64,000 nucleotides of DNA from NCBI GenBank assembly GCA_010093815.1, contig ML996591.1; one strand, written 5' to 3'. Of this stretch, positions 11,915 to 24,935 are shown in pieces (positions within the stretch are counted from its first letter, which is position 1; the number at the start of each line of letters is the position of its first letter). A program made the translations under genes and the position numbers. Under the pieces are notes generated by a model that was not told where the DNA came from, made no database searches, and was given only the letters and a program-made list of their open reading frames with translations. The stretch is from Pseudovirgaria hyperparasitica. Lineage: Eukaryota.

Positions 11915-12862
11915 ATGAGAACATATCGCATGCACCAACTCTCTACGAAATCCGCCTCCTCCCGCCACCGCATGCACACGGCATACAACAACCTCAGCTC
12001 CACCTTCCTCATTGTCATTTCAGTCCTATGTGCATACCTCATTCTCACGACCATCCTATCGCACTTCAACTCTCTCCTCCCAAATCCCTTCCACATTCCA
12101 GAATCACATCTACAAAGTCAACATATCCGCCACTTCCGCGCCCTGCGCCTCCGTTCCGATAAAGATCCCACAACCCTGAGACCAGACACATGCGCTAGAC
12201 AGCCCCTCGGTGCAGGCCCAGTGCCTTCACCAGACACCGCATCCGCATTCCTCTCATGGACTTCCCTGTCAAATGCTGCATCAGCAGCTATAGCGCCCGC
12301 CGGTTATGTCGTCGATTCAACTAACCAGGCAAGTACGCTGAACGGTACAGGCTTCCTGGGCACGACCGAGCTCGCAGCCTATCGCCCGAAACTCTGCGCC
12401 TTGTCCTGCGACAACACCCCGCGGTGCGGCGCTTTCGAACTATGTGCGTCTACCTGCCCCGATGATGATTAAATTTGACCACACAACAATCGACAGAAAG
12501 AACTCTGTGTGGCTTGTTAGATTGATTGACTGACTGACTGACTGACTGACTCGATATATACAGATTTCGAGCGCTCGCCAATCCTTGCGCCTGGCCTGTC
12601 TTGCAAGGACCCACCGAGCAGCACGCTGATTCGCTGCTCATTATGGGACTGGAAAGCTGTGAACCAGAAGAGTCGAAATGTAGGCCAGTGGAGAGAGCAT
12701 TTTCAAGTCGTGATTGCTGGTGCGAATCGCTATGTCAAGTCGAAGCGAGCTCCGACCGTGGTGCGGATGCTGGCGAATGATGCGACGGTGACTACAGGCA
12801 GAGGCTCTGATAAGTGTGCGCTTGCGATCATCATAGCCATAGTCTTTGTGATTTACATGTAG
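11915..12862 (+). CDS. Cys-rich membrane-anchored/extracellular fungal protein (PAN/Apple-like Cys pattern); intron 12444-12563
   Basis: N-terminal TM segment FLIVISVLCAYLILTTIL. Splicing gives CALSCDNTPRCGAFELYFERSP..C..RCSLW..NVGQWREHFQVVIAGANRY. The C-terminus is hydrophobic. The start codon is uncertain. Confidence 0.7.
12520..12550 (+). repeat. Intronic tetranucleotide microsatellite (GATT)2(GACT)n
   Basis: Sequence reads gattgattgactgactgactgactgactgac. Confidence 0.9.
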
Positions 12863-13073
12863 GATATAGGACCTGGATTCGTTTTGGTCGTCATGGATTG
12901 GGTGTATACTTATTCATATAGAGGGATATCTACAGTGGAGTGGAAAAGAAGACTGTCAATATATACTATAGTGAATACTTCAATTCGCCGTGTTCATGCT
13001 GCCCTTCTAATGTCATACCAAAGAAAGGTCTTTCCAAGAAGCTGTCTGATGCTGCTTCGCCTCTATTTTTGCC

Positions 13074-16000
13074 TTAATCACTCTTCTTGTCTTCAATACG
13101 GAAATCCTCCTGTTCGCGCAGCCTCTCGATCTCGTTTTGTATACCCAACACCCAGTGATCTCTCTCTGCGCGACTTCTCGCCCTGAACACCAGACTGCGC
13201 CCGGTCACACCTAGCCGACTGACAAGCTTCAGCTTGCTCCGTTTGCCCTCCCCAGTCTCTTCGTCGTGATCTTCACTCCTGAACCACGCCTTTCGTTTTC
13301 CGTGCCATATCACAAAGCAAGTCATGACGTCCTCATCCGTACTAGTCCAACCATCCTCGAGGTATATCCGAGGAAGCGCATGATGGCCTGGCTTGCTGCT
13401 GTCGAACGTTCGGTTCTGGTAAAGCAGGTCGGACTCAGTTAGAAGACCGGAGTACAGGTAGCAATCCTTGAGGTCGAGGGACGTGATCCGTTCCTGGTGG
13501 ATGTGCGGGATGACACGGCCACTGCGTTCTCTCAGTGTGTCTTGAAACACTAGCAAGCGGCCGCTGACCAGCAGGACGGAGCAGCGCGAGAATGTGGCAT
13601 GGCGACGAGGTTTTCTGTACAGCATTCCCGACAAATGGATGGTACGGCACCGGGAGATTCCACATAAGTTATAGAGTTCAGGCGATGCATAGGAATGTGT
13701 GACCTCCCATTTACGCGCGAACTGGCCGACAAACGCTTCAGCTTCTTCGTCGATCTTCAGATCCTCGAGGTTCTGCTGACGGACGTTCTTCAAGAGTAGG
13801 ATGTCCGCTGCCATCCTTTTCTTCCAGTAGTACACAAGGTCACGGAGACGAATAATCCATTCTCGCTTCGTCTCTTCGTCGTAGGCTTGCAAGCGAACCA
13901 CCAAACCATTGCTCATGACGAGCTCGAACGTTCGTTTGTCGTCAATGCTATTTGTAGTGCCATCGTAGCGAGAATTGCTACGGTCATTCTGATCGAAGTC
14001 GACGTCTGATCCGTCGTCGTCAAGTGCTTCATCAGCGGATGTGGCACCCATTTTGAATTTTCTTACTCGTTCGACGTTGCAAAGGTTGATGAAGCCTTGA
14101 CATCGAAATAAGAAATTCAATTTACGCTCATGTTCCTCCAGGGCATCTTGATCGCGAAGATTTCTTTCCTCAGTCATCTCTATGTGTCCGTCTGACAACC
14201 AATCGATCTCCCCAGCTTTGACAGGGTATGGATTGACGGTGTAGATAAGAGGCATAGTTTCGGTAATCTGTCTCGAAGACGGAGGGCGGGTTCCATCTGC
14301 TGTCGGAAGCTTTGGTGGCGGAGGTGGATAGGCGTGTACTGGATTAGAGAAAGCAAGATACTGGTCGAACGTCGAATAATAAAGTTTCTTGAAGAATGTT
14401 TTACCCAGTCTCTTGCTAGCACCTCGTTGAGAAGTAAGTCTTATTAAAAAGCCTTCCACGGGTGGTGGCTCGATAATCCGCTCTCCTTTCGTGTGATCGT
14501 GAATAGCAGTAGGATAATGCTGTTTCGGACGAAGTTCTAGTTCGTGCGATTTCATCATGGCAATAGTTCCATACATCTTTCGTTCATTTTCACCATGGAT
14601 CCATTCAAGTCGGTCATACCTTTTCCAACATAGTCCTATCCTTTCCTTCTCCCATGCTTTCATGATGTTGTCCCACTCAGGGTTGTGCTTCAGCATAGCA
14701 AGGCTTCTCTGGATTATATTACCGGCGACTGCTTGCTCTTCTCGCATAGTTCTGACTATCGCTTCGTCACTGCCTTCCACCGCTCGTACAGCATCTCGTG
14801 ATGCCTCGATTCTCTCAAAAGGGTTCTGAAGCATGAGACTGACGCTCATATCAGGAACGGTGACTTGAATCTCTTCCGCTCTACTCCAACCCAAAATATT
14901 GCGCAGAAATGTGTACCACTCGACAGCATTCGAGCTCGATTGGGTTTGCATTATATAGAACGTTGTCGTACCTTTCTTACTTGGAACCCAGACAACGATG
15001 GTCTTATCAAGGGAAGAGAAGAGATTAACTTTCGAAATCTTGCGGCCAAGCGGTATCTGATGTTTCGTTCTTTTAGGCGCCTTGGTTCCTTCAATTTCCG
15101 GAATAACACGACTTTTATACATCTGGAGAACGAACTCGGCATCATCACTTGTGCTTTGTCGACATACGACCATATATTCCCTCCATTTCTCGGTGGTTCG
15201 CGCCTCTACCTTTTGAATCTCGTTTTCATCGAATTCATCAGGGAGGTTGTGAGTCGTCATGTCTACACGCACAAGCATACGTTCCATCTTGATGATCTGT
15301 CCGTCTTTCGCACGACTTCTTCGTAACTTTGTGGACGCTCGCTGAATAGATAATTGAGCCGCCCTAGCTCTAAGTTGTAGTTCAGCGCGCTTCGACTCCT
15401 CAGGTACCTCGAAATGTACCAGCGCCCTCAGAGAGCTTCGCTGTCTCTTCAATGTCTCCCGCGGTGTATGGCCATCCTCTGAGTCATCGGACCTACTTTG
15501 CAACTTCGACTTCGCCCGCGATAGAATCCCTTTCACTTCGCCTCTCTTGCCCGAGCTGCCTTCTGCATTATCTAGCAGCTCATCTTGATCCTTGCCTTGG
15601 ATTAGGTGCGAAGTAGACATGGCGTCTCCCGGGGCTTCACTAAAGGAATTCTGCTTCGATGGATCGGTTTCCAACGTTGATGTTGGGCGTAGATTAGGAG
15701 AACCCTGAGATCTTGAGGAAGGTCCGGATTCTGGAATTCTGGTCTCATTATTCGTTATCGCGGTATTTTCCTCTTCGTCATCGACACTGAAGCCAGGTGT
15801 TAGCTCTCGCAGCGACTCATTCGCAGTAACGAAACTGTCGCCAGATTTGGTCCTCGTCTTTCCAACTTCCCTCAATGTCCGTATACGAGACGAAGAGGAC
15901 CGCATGCTCAGGAATGGCGGACGTGGAGGTAGGACGTCAGAAGTCTGCTCTATTTGGTCCGTCTCTTCATTATCTGGGTGCTTTAATGTGCTTGGTGAAG

Positions 16001-16483
16001 AGGTTCTGGGTATTCCCAACGCTGACTGCGCTTCGGTAGACAATGGTTGGCTCAAAGCAGTACCGTCCAAGTGCATCTCCTCTTCAGCCTCGAGATCATC
16101 AGGAGGCGGGAAGCTATGCCCATATAATGCAGTTGTGCTGGGGCCGTCTAGCCCGGAGAGACGTCTGTGTTTGCTGTGGTGCGTAGAGGCTTGGGATAGA
16201 ACGGCTCGAGAGGAGTGACTGCTGTGGAGGCGGTGTTTATACCAATCATGTTTATGGCTCTTGAGCCAACCTTCTGGAATCGGCCCTATGAAACATCGTC
16301 GTGTGGTTTGGTGCAAATGTTGCGGAGTAGCATGTCGCTGGTGCGTATGTCAGCGGTAATAGTATATATAGACAGCAGTGGCTAGCTCACAAGTCTATGA
16401 GCTGTGTGAGAATCGGCAGGGAGGCCATACACCTGGCTGTATTGATGATGCGGACGCGGACGCTCCTCTTCGCGATCCAACAT
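13074..16483 (-). CDS. SPO71: Spo71/Mug56-like PH-domain sporulation protein; intron 16338-16390
   Basis: ~1.1 kaa protein with N-terminal RRCFIGPIPEGWL and three PH-like segments ending AVEWYTFL, TKREWIIRL and FRARSRAERDHWV. Also contains GLCWKRYDRLEW. Confidence 0.85.
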
Positions 16484-17004
16484 TTGATTGTATGTAATTA
16501 GACAATTATGGAAAGTTAATGGTGGAAAAACATCACAGCAAAGAAGAGTCGATCACAAAGTAAAGGAGTATAAAGCCCAGCCAAGAAACGACACCATAGT
16601 GGAGGAAGTCGCGTTCCTTGATACAAAGAAATGGATATGGATGCACAGCAGGGGTGTCTGTGATGATGCACGGACCAGCGTGATCGATGAATCTACTACG
16701 TAGGTGGAAGGTACGTGCACGGTCCTCACAGGCTCAAACGTGTAGACAGGACATCCATGCTTTTGTTTGTGCACCACATAGAGTGCTGATCTTCATTTGG
16801 GGTCTACCGTGTTGGTGTATAACTTGTGTTGTGTATCTTCTGCCCAAGCCCCATTATTATATTATAGTAGATGTTGAGTGTAGTAGCATCTCAGACTACA
16901 TTCATGAATACTGAAACTAAATGTAAGAAATCCACATGCTCTAATATCGCTACCTTGGTAATATAACGACATCGAGGGAATGATAGTGTTACTGTTTCTC
17001 GATC

Positions 17005-19109
17005 CTAAGCCCCGTTCGTTCCGTCCTGGTGACTTGCACGGCTATCGCTCTTCAGGCTCAATACGATCTCCTTCAGCTCCTGCATTTCCGCCCTCAGTTT
17101 CCTCACTTCCGCCACAGCTGCATCAGTGGCGACATCTGGCTTGGATGCTTGGACCTTCTTATCCCAGCCATCACTTTCAAAGTCCACGTCCACCTGCTCC
17201 CATTCTTCGATTGTGTCATCGTCGCTTTCGTTCCTGCTCCTGTTGCCCCTCACAGTATGCGCCTGCGATGTCTCGATGGCTGCTGTGACGAGCAATAAAG
17301 GACTGTAGATAACACCCATGACGTAGTCATTTAGACGCTGATACTGGTCGTTCGGCATCCACCACTCAAAGGGCAATACGAGGCAAAAGAGCTCAATAAG
17401 GTTGAATGGGGCAATGAATACATTCTCATCCGGGGCTCGAACAAACTGCATAGTCTTCTGTGCGAAGAGACCCATGTATTCGTCGATCGCATTACCGGCA
17501 ATGTCTTCGTAAGCGGAGTTATATAACGCGATGAGGATGTTGAGAAGCAGGACCATAACAACGAAGGTAAAGATGTAGTAGAGAATCAGACCAAAGGGCG
17601 GAGCAAAGTTGTCGAAGCCATCGAATTCAGGAGAGGTCATGATAGCATTCAGCACTAATTGCAATCAGTCAAATTCATATCCAGAAAGGCATGGTTTTGA
17701 CTCACTAGCTTTAACGATGAAGCCCGTGGCAGTCAAATTATCGTCCACTTGGTCCATACCGATAAATCCTTGCAGGAATCCGATGAGTACAACAATGAGA
17801 AGTGCAAAAAAGATAAGCGACTCGCGCATCATCACCCGGAGCACAACAAGCATTGCACCGAAAAATCTGAATGTATCGAGGTATAACAGCAGTCGCATCC
17901 AGAACATCGGCGCACTGAACGCTAGGAAATTGTAGCTGAGCTCGTTGAAGCGGTGTCGGTCGTGAGTCTGTAAGGGATGTGCGAGTGCAACCATCCGAAG
18001 AATGAATGAGACCGTAAGAAGAGTATAGAGGGTGCTGTTGAAGATGTTCCAAAATCCAAGATAGTAGCGGCCGACCTTCCAGAACTTGGAAAATTCATCG
18101 GTAATGAAGCCAAGAGTGAAGATATACAGGACAATTTCCACCACGTCAAGATCTCCAGTAGGGTTGACGGTGTTAATAGCACCAGTATAAAGAGCAAGGT
18201 AAACAATGGAGAAGATGACCTGTAGGGCATTCTGATAACGAGGGACTCGCATCCTGTCTGGATCCAGATGTGACCAATAGTTGGTGTCGGTCTTTTCTTT
18301 GTAGTCAACGAAGCGCGCTGGGTCATCGTCGTCTTGGACCAACCAGCCGCGCCACAGATACTGGATGCATTTCTGATAGCCAGACGAACCGATTACGCGA
18401 AGCGCATGGAGATCGACTGCCCGCTCAACGACATTAGCAGGTACAGACTCTTCCCCATCTATCAGTATTGAATATCGTTTGAGTAATATATCCTCGAGTA
18501 GATACTCTTGATCGTCTTCCCCCTCAATGCTACACGTTCATTAGGTCATGCTGATGCAGCGTGATCTAGGGCTTACAGTCTCTTGGCAATAACTTCGCAA
18601 GCTACTGCTCTCACATCGTGCATGTCAGAGTCCCATAGCTCAAGCAAGGCTTGTCGTTTGAACCATCTCTTGCACACCAAAAGACCATATACAACACAAG
18701 ATTTGTAGTCTTGCCCGCCAGCCTCCGAAGCCGTTTTGACGACCGCATCGGTGATAATCCCGCTGTGCGGCTTCGTGATCAGATCTTCTTCTAGCTCGCA
18801 TGGGATGACTTGTTCGATCTGGTGCTTCAGACGCAAAGCTACAGTAGTGACTTCCTTGGCAGGAATTGGGGACGGAGGAAGCTCGTTGCGGCGCGTGGGC
18901 AAGACTTTGGCGGATTAGAGATATCCTTCGCTATTGTCTCTGTACTGACGTGATTGCACCTCATCGCGCAAATGATGCCTTGTGTCCTGACCGGCACGAC
19001 CACCACTAAAGATCTGTTGGTGATTAGTCGAAAGCTTTCGAGGTTCCAATTGTCCCTGGCAACTCACATTCGTCCATCGCGTTCGGTCCTCGCTGTGTCT
19101 ACGAGGCAT
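17005..19109 (-). CDS. YVC1: Vacuolar TRP cation channel Yvc1-like; introns include 18530-18576, 17655-17705 and two short 5' introns
   Basis: Motifs AVDLHALRVIGSSGYQKCIQYLWRGW and RMRVPRYQN, multiple TM helices, LLNILIALYNSAY and VRAPDENVFIAPFNLIE. Confidence 0.92.
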
Positions 19110-19588
19110 GATCAGAGAGCAGTGTGTTCACCAGTGCCAATTTAAACTAAATACCAATGACTGCGAAAGAGTTGAAAGAACGAGCCAGGGAAAGATGGAT
19201 GGAATTAAGATGCAGGAATCTTGGAAGCGGGCGGGGCGAAGGCGCGGAGCTCTCCAACTTCCAGAGCTCTAATTAGCTAAACTCGTGGAACAGAAGGCCG
19301 CTATGATCAATCCATCCATGCCATGCATGCTGATCCGTTGGAGGTAGGACCGTACCACTTCGCGCGCAAATGTACTGGCGTGTTTAATATGATTGCACAA
19401 GTTTACAAGTTTATTCTTTGGTGTAGAATCTTCCATGCATATAGAAGCGTGGTAGTCGCCCAATATTCATTCCTAGGTGTTCGTATGCACCAGATCCTTC
19501 CGTGCCCTACTTTTGTGCGCCAGAATGCTCGATAGGAGTCCCTAAAGCATGCTCAAGGATGTCCACCAATGCAGATATGTTCGCGCCT

Positions 19589-20632
19589 CTATGCATCTCC
19601 CGCAATGTTGCCTTCATCACTCTCACTATCATCTTCGTCTCCGCTAACTTCTTGGTTCTCGCGCTCCCTCTTCTCCATGAGCGCCTGGAGTTCAGCATCG
19701 TCGTTCTCAGTCGTTGCCTTAGGTGCCATAACGACCTCAAGATCGCCCGAGTGTTCGCGTATCTTCGCAGTGACGTCCCTGAGAGCTTGCTCCAATAAAT
19801 CGATCCCTGTAGTCTTGTCTAGACATGAACTCGTGAAGACATAGAGTGGTGGTGAAACGAGTCGGCATTTGATCTGATTGTCCTTGGTGCTTCTAGCTTC
19901 GCCGCATTTCAGTGCGTCTTTGATGGCGTCAATACCTGCTGGCTCGTAGCAAGTGACCTTCACGTCTGCGCGAATTTTTGTAGGTTGTGGAGTAAGACGT
20001 TTCCGAATGTAGGACTGAAGCTCATCTTTCACAACATCACTTGGGAATGTGACCTCATTCCACACATCAGGGTTGGTGATGGACAATTTGAAGGCGTCGA
20101 CAGCGTGTCCATACTTCTTATTCAGGGGCCAGCCAATAGCTTGGTATATCTCTTCAATGGGCGTAGTGGTCTTTTCGGCGACGTGGCGCATAATGGAGTG
20201 TACCATCTTGCTCTTGTTGTAGCGCTCCTCGCACTTTACGATATCCTCCGGTGACACACGACGCTTCGATAAGTCGATATATCCTGTATTGATCCTGTTA
20301 GAAAGATCCCCAACACTCATAAGAGAACCCCGCCATGACATACCTTTGTCTTTATCTACCCTAAGGACGACGACGACTTCATTACGGCCAACGCGAATAA
20401 GCTTCTGGATACTACGAATACGTCTTCTTGACAGTTCACTGAGAAGGATCATGCCGTCGATGTTGTCATATTCAAGGAGTTTTACGTATGCGCCCATCTC
20501 TGCGATCTATGGTGGGCGTCAACTGCCGTGCGATGCGAATATGTGATGTCCTACCTGTTTGACATTCACCATCACGAAGCTTTCCACCTCTGGGAACTTC
20601 TCCTCGTAGAACCGACAGTTCGTGAGCGACAT
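19589..20632 (-). CDS. SUI2: Translation initiation factor eIF2 alpha; introns ~20508-20555 and 20284-20343
   Basis: Starts MSLTNCRFYEEKFPE. Contains the Ser51 site ILLSELSRRRIRSI, and KGYIDLSKRRV after splicing. Confidence 0.97.
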
Positions 20633-21306
20633 GACTGTTATGTATGAGACTGTAAGTCTTGCGGAGTGTAATGTGTAATGGTGCCCTGGGTCAGTATTGT
20701 TTTAAGGCGACAGTTACGTATGTCGAGAGATTGCTTTGCGGGATGCTGTGCGGTCACGAGGGGGCCTGCGGCGTTTACGCTGGCGCCCTAATATGTACCG
20801 GTGTAGCTGAGTAGTTAAAGGACGGACGATTCTTGGTAGACGAAGAAATCGCTGCTGGTCGTCGAGGAGGCAGTGTGAAGTTGTCTGACTCCAAACACAA
20901 ACCAAAGAAATTCGGATATAATAACTCTGTGGTGGGGTCTTAGATTTTGGTTTTAATGCCTAAGGCAACCAGAAAATGCGCGTGTCGCTTGACCGACCGC
21001 CCCCCTCAAGCAGAAATAGCAATGAGCATTGAGAGCGCGATACTTCAGACTATATAACTAACATATCCTATGCTCTCCAATTTGCCCCAGAAGAATGGTA
21101 TCAGGCATAACATCTAACGCCTCGAATTGAGTATTCCAAGAGCTCCAGATAGGGCCTCGTTCTACTCCCAACGTGCAATCCCAGTATCAAAGACAGAAGC
21201 AAATCACAAAAGCGCATCCAGCCCACCGCCCACCTTTAGACATCACTTCGTAGGCGCACGACTCGACACCGGATCCACACCATTTTACCCAAACATTCAT
21301 CGCAGT

Positions 21307-22463
21307 CTACTTCTTCAGAATAGCCTCATATAGGCTGACCAAAGCACCAATGCCAGAACTGATCAACACACCTTGGTAATTACCGTAAAAGCCTCTATCT
21401 ACAGTTGCAACAGTTGTGTCGTCGACCAAACCCCAGAAACGGAAAGCTTGGCCATAGACCAGGTAGGTGATCAAGGCCTTTACAATATTGAAAGCCAGGG
21501 GGTCAGCCTGATACGACTTTGAGGAAACCTTCAAGCCCGTACTGGACTTCTTCAAGGTAAGGTTGAAGAAATAGGCGAAGATCAAAGGAACGATCAGGCT
21601 GGTCGTGGCCCAAAGGGTGGTGGGCGCCCAGAAGCCGCCTGTCAAGACTTCGAAGAAGTCTGGCAGCTTGACTGGATACGACGGAAGCCGTAACGCATCA
21701 ATGGACGGCGTGTTGAATGCATGGCGCATGTGGAGCGTCTCGCGCCTAATACCAGCGCCCTCCAAGATGAAAGCCAAAGCTTGTACAGCCACGACGGAGC
21801 TCAAGCTCTCGCGGATGTCCTCGACACTATCATCAAGGCCTAATCTCTCCCAGAGCTCGAGACCCTGCGCTTTGATATTTGCGGTCTGACGTTCGATCGC
21901 GTCAGTAACGACCGCCGGGGAAGGCGGAAGCGGTACGCGTGCGGCGACTTTCTGCACGGCGCGAGGGGTGCGCGCCGCGAGTGCTTTCACATCCGGTGAT
22001 GCTTCTTCTCTGTGGAGATAAACAAATTAGTCAGTGTTACGGTGGCGGCGCAGAAGGATGCGACAATGTGATGGCATTGCGCATGAGAGTACATACGATT
22101 CTTCCTTGACCTTTGTTACGCGTCGTTTACGGGGTTTTGGAGTGTCGCCCTCGGAGTTTACGCCCGCAGCAGTCGCAGGCGCATTGCTGGGAGCGCGTTT
22201 AATAGGCGACGCGCGCTCGGTGCGATCATAGTACTCGCGCAACGAGGGGAGTTTGGAAAGCGACGTCGCATTGTCCTTCAGATGTGTGTCCAAGAGCGCG
22301 GAAAGGTCGTCTTTCAAAATGCTATCATTGCTGTGGCAGTGGTCAGAATCGCGTCTTAGTATGCGCGCAGCAATCAAGACGACGGCACTGACTATTTGAG
22401 ACCGGCGTCATCAGCATAACGCTGCAAATCGCTTTTGCGCTGTCGGGAGAGCCAGGTAGACAT
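21307..22463 (-). CDS. Conserved fungal membrane protein (possibly Gtt3-like); introns 22331-22392 and 22010-22096
   Basis: Three exons splice in frame (MSTWLSRQRKSDL...). The C-terminus has TM helices and DPLAFNIVKALITYLVY. The family name is from recollection only. Confidence 0.7.
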
Positions 22464-22830
22464 GATTGATTGTACTATGAGCAATGATCGCGAAGGTCCG
22501 TGTGTATTGTGAAATGAGGAATAAAAAGGATAAACACAAAGACTGGGGAAGGGTGCGGGGGTCTGTGTTGATGGAAGATTGGGTGGTTTTGGGTGGTTGG
22601 AGTGGCTGGTAATGATTAGCGGGCAGATCAAAACAAACCCTCCTGCAGCCTCGGGAGTCGGCCTCAGGCAGCACCGCTACTGGATAGCTCCCGAACGCTC
22701 GCTCCCTATACAACATTTTTCGCGACGTTCATTGTTCGCATCCGACTCTTGTACCCGGGAAGCAACTCGCCTCTTAAGCCCACGCACTTCCTTACAGCTC
22801 TTAATTGTTTTCTTCGACTCATTCCCGTCC

Positions 22831-24096
22831 ATGGTCTTCGCCCGCTTGGCGAATTACATCTTCCCTGGCTCGATTCAAGACTCGGTTGATGATGACCGGC
22901 AGACGGACAAACAAAAACACAACACAAGGGATTTCAATATGGGACCGGAGGAGGAGGATCTAGAGGCCAAAAGACCGCCATATAGTCATGTACTGTGTGC
23001 CTCCGTATCGATGTAATGACTGACTGCTAATCTATCGAAGGCTATGCTCGCAGGTGGCCTTGGTGGTACTACTGGGGATATGCTAATGCATTCTCTGGAC
23101 ACTGTTAAGACGAGGCAGCAAGGTGATCCGCACATGCCGCCAAAATATACCTCACTTGGGTCCTCATATCGCACAATTTTCCAGCAAGAAGGTATAAGGC
23201 GTGGGCTATACGGCGGTGTTCAGCCTGCCTTCCTCGGCTCGTTCTTTGGGACAGTGGCCTTCTTTGGCACATACGAATGGAGCAAAAGATATATGATAGA
23301 CTTTGGGGTCGCTCCGTCGGTGTCGTACTTCGTTGCCGGGCTCGTTGCAGACCTGGCCGCAGCTCCCATATACGTACCTTCGGAGGTGCTCAAGACAAGG
23401 TTGCAACTTCAGGGTCGGCATAATAACCCCTTCTTCAACTCCGGATACAACTACAGATCGATGATACATGCGACAAGAACGATAATTCGCCAAGAGGGCG
23501 TCGCTGCGCTATTCCACGGCTTCCAGGCAACCCTTTGGAGAGATCTACCGTACTCGGCCCTGCAATTCGCGTTTTATGAACAGGAGCAAAAGCTAGCGAG
23601 GGCCTACAAGGGCTCCAAGGAGATTGGTCTGCCGCTAGAAGTCTTAACTGGTGCTTCGGCAGGAGGAATGGCTGGTGTTATCACTTGTCCTCTGGATGTC
23701 GTCAAAACCCGTGTGCAGACGCAACTGGACCCCCAGGTTGCTGCATCACAGAAAAGTACTACAGGTATAAATCAGCCGGCAATCCAGCCGTCTTCGTCTA
23801 GCAGACACCAGGCCAGCGTGCCAAAAGTGCCATCCTTGAATCGACCTATCTCCACCTCCTCTCCATCCACGACACTCCATTCTCACACGGCCGCAACCTT
23901 GGACACTTCTTCTGTCATCGCGGGTCTCAAGATCATCTACAAGACGGAAGGTGTTGGGGGATTGTTCCGCGGCGTTGGCCCCCGCTTTGTGTGGACGAGC
24001 GTGCAGAGTGGCACGATGCTTGTATTATATCAACAGTTCCTTCGGTATTTTGAGGGGCATCCCTTTATGAGCACCTCCGATCCAGAAGAAGCTTGA
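22831..24096 (+). CDS. Mitochondrial carrier (SLC25), Mme1-like; intron 22990-23040
   Basis: Three carrier signatures: SLDTVKTRQQ, PSEVLKTRLQ and PLDVVKTRVQ. An alternative ATG lies at 22938. Confidence 0.9.
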
Positions 24097-24436
24097 ACAG
24101 CCCAGGCTCTTCTGTTGTACAACACGATAGACGATTAGTCGCATTCATGTACATATGGTCTTTCTTCTGCATATGATCCGGCGCTCAATGTATTTGAATC
24201 CAATAGAATTGATGGCTTCCCAAGGAAAGCCATTCGCAGGAGAACACGAGATGAGGTCGTGCTCGCTGCCATCTGGGCCAGGTAACTTTGTTGAATCAAT
24301 CGTCTCCTGACCCTGTGAAGAAGTCTCCTCCATCAAATATTCACAATGGTCGCATGGACATGTACGGTTGCGGCCCGACCACATAGGATAATACCCAGAG
24401 CCACAAATAACGCTAAGCCTTTAGGACGAAAGGCAG

Positions 24437-24683
24437 TACAATCAGGTCCCGTTATAAGGATTCGAAGACGGCCACGGCAAGAACATCGTTATAGCGAGAT
24501 TATTGTATACTCAGTTCTTATATACGTTAGCCCTCCAACGATAACTAAGGGGGGAAGGAGACAATTCTTTAGATATCGCGGTTTTCTCTAAATATACGTA
24601 CCTTTTTAAGAGGCTATGGAAAGCCTGTTATAACAACGAGATTATCGCTATAATGGATATCGCCGCAATGGGATTTGACTGTA
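24437..24683. mobile_element. Degenerate Tc1/mariner(pogo)-type MITE, ~243 bp between TA dinucleotides
   Basis: Left end TA-CAATCAGGTCCCGTTATAAGGA versus reverse complement of the right end TA-CAGTCAAATCCCATTGCGGCGA: 15 of 24 identical, mismatches almost all transitions. The interior is AT-rich with repeated GTTATA motifs and no credible ORF. Confidence 0.65.
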
Positions 24684-24935
24684 CATAGTACATAGTCCGT
24701 GGGTACACTTCCAGTTTGGGTATAGCCTTAATTACCTGATGATGCCCCTGAATAAGGAAACATCAAACAAGCAATTCCTTCCATTTTAGTTCAACGAAGA
24801 TGACATAATAATTGATTAATCTTCAGATTGCCACGGACATAAATTCTTCCGTTGTCTAACGCGGTATCGAAGGAGAAGCTCAGTCTATATCTACATCATC
24901 GTCGTCGTCTCGACCTGTCTCAACACGCTTTCAGC

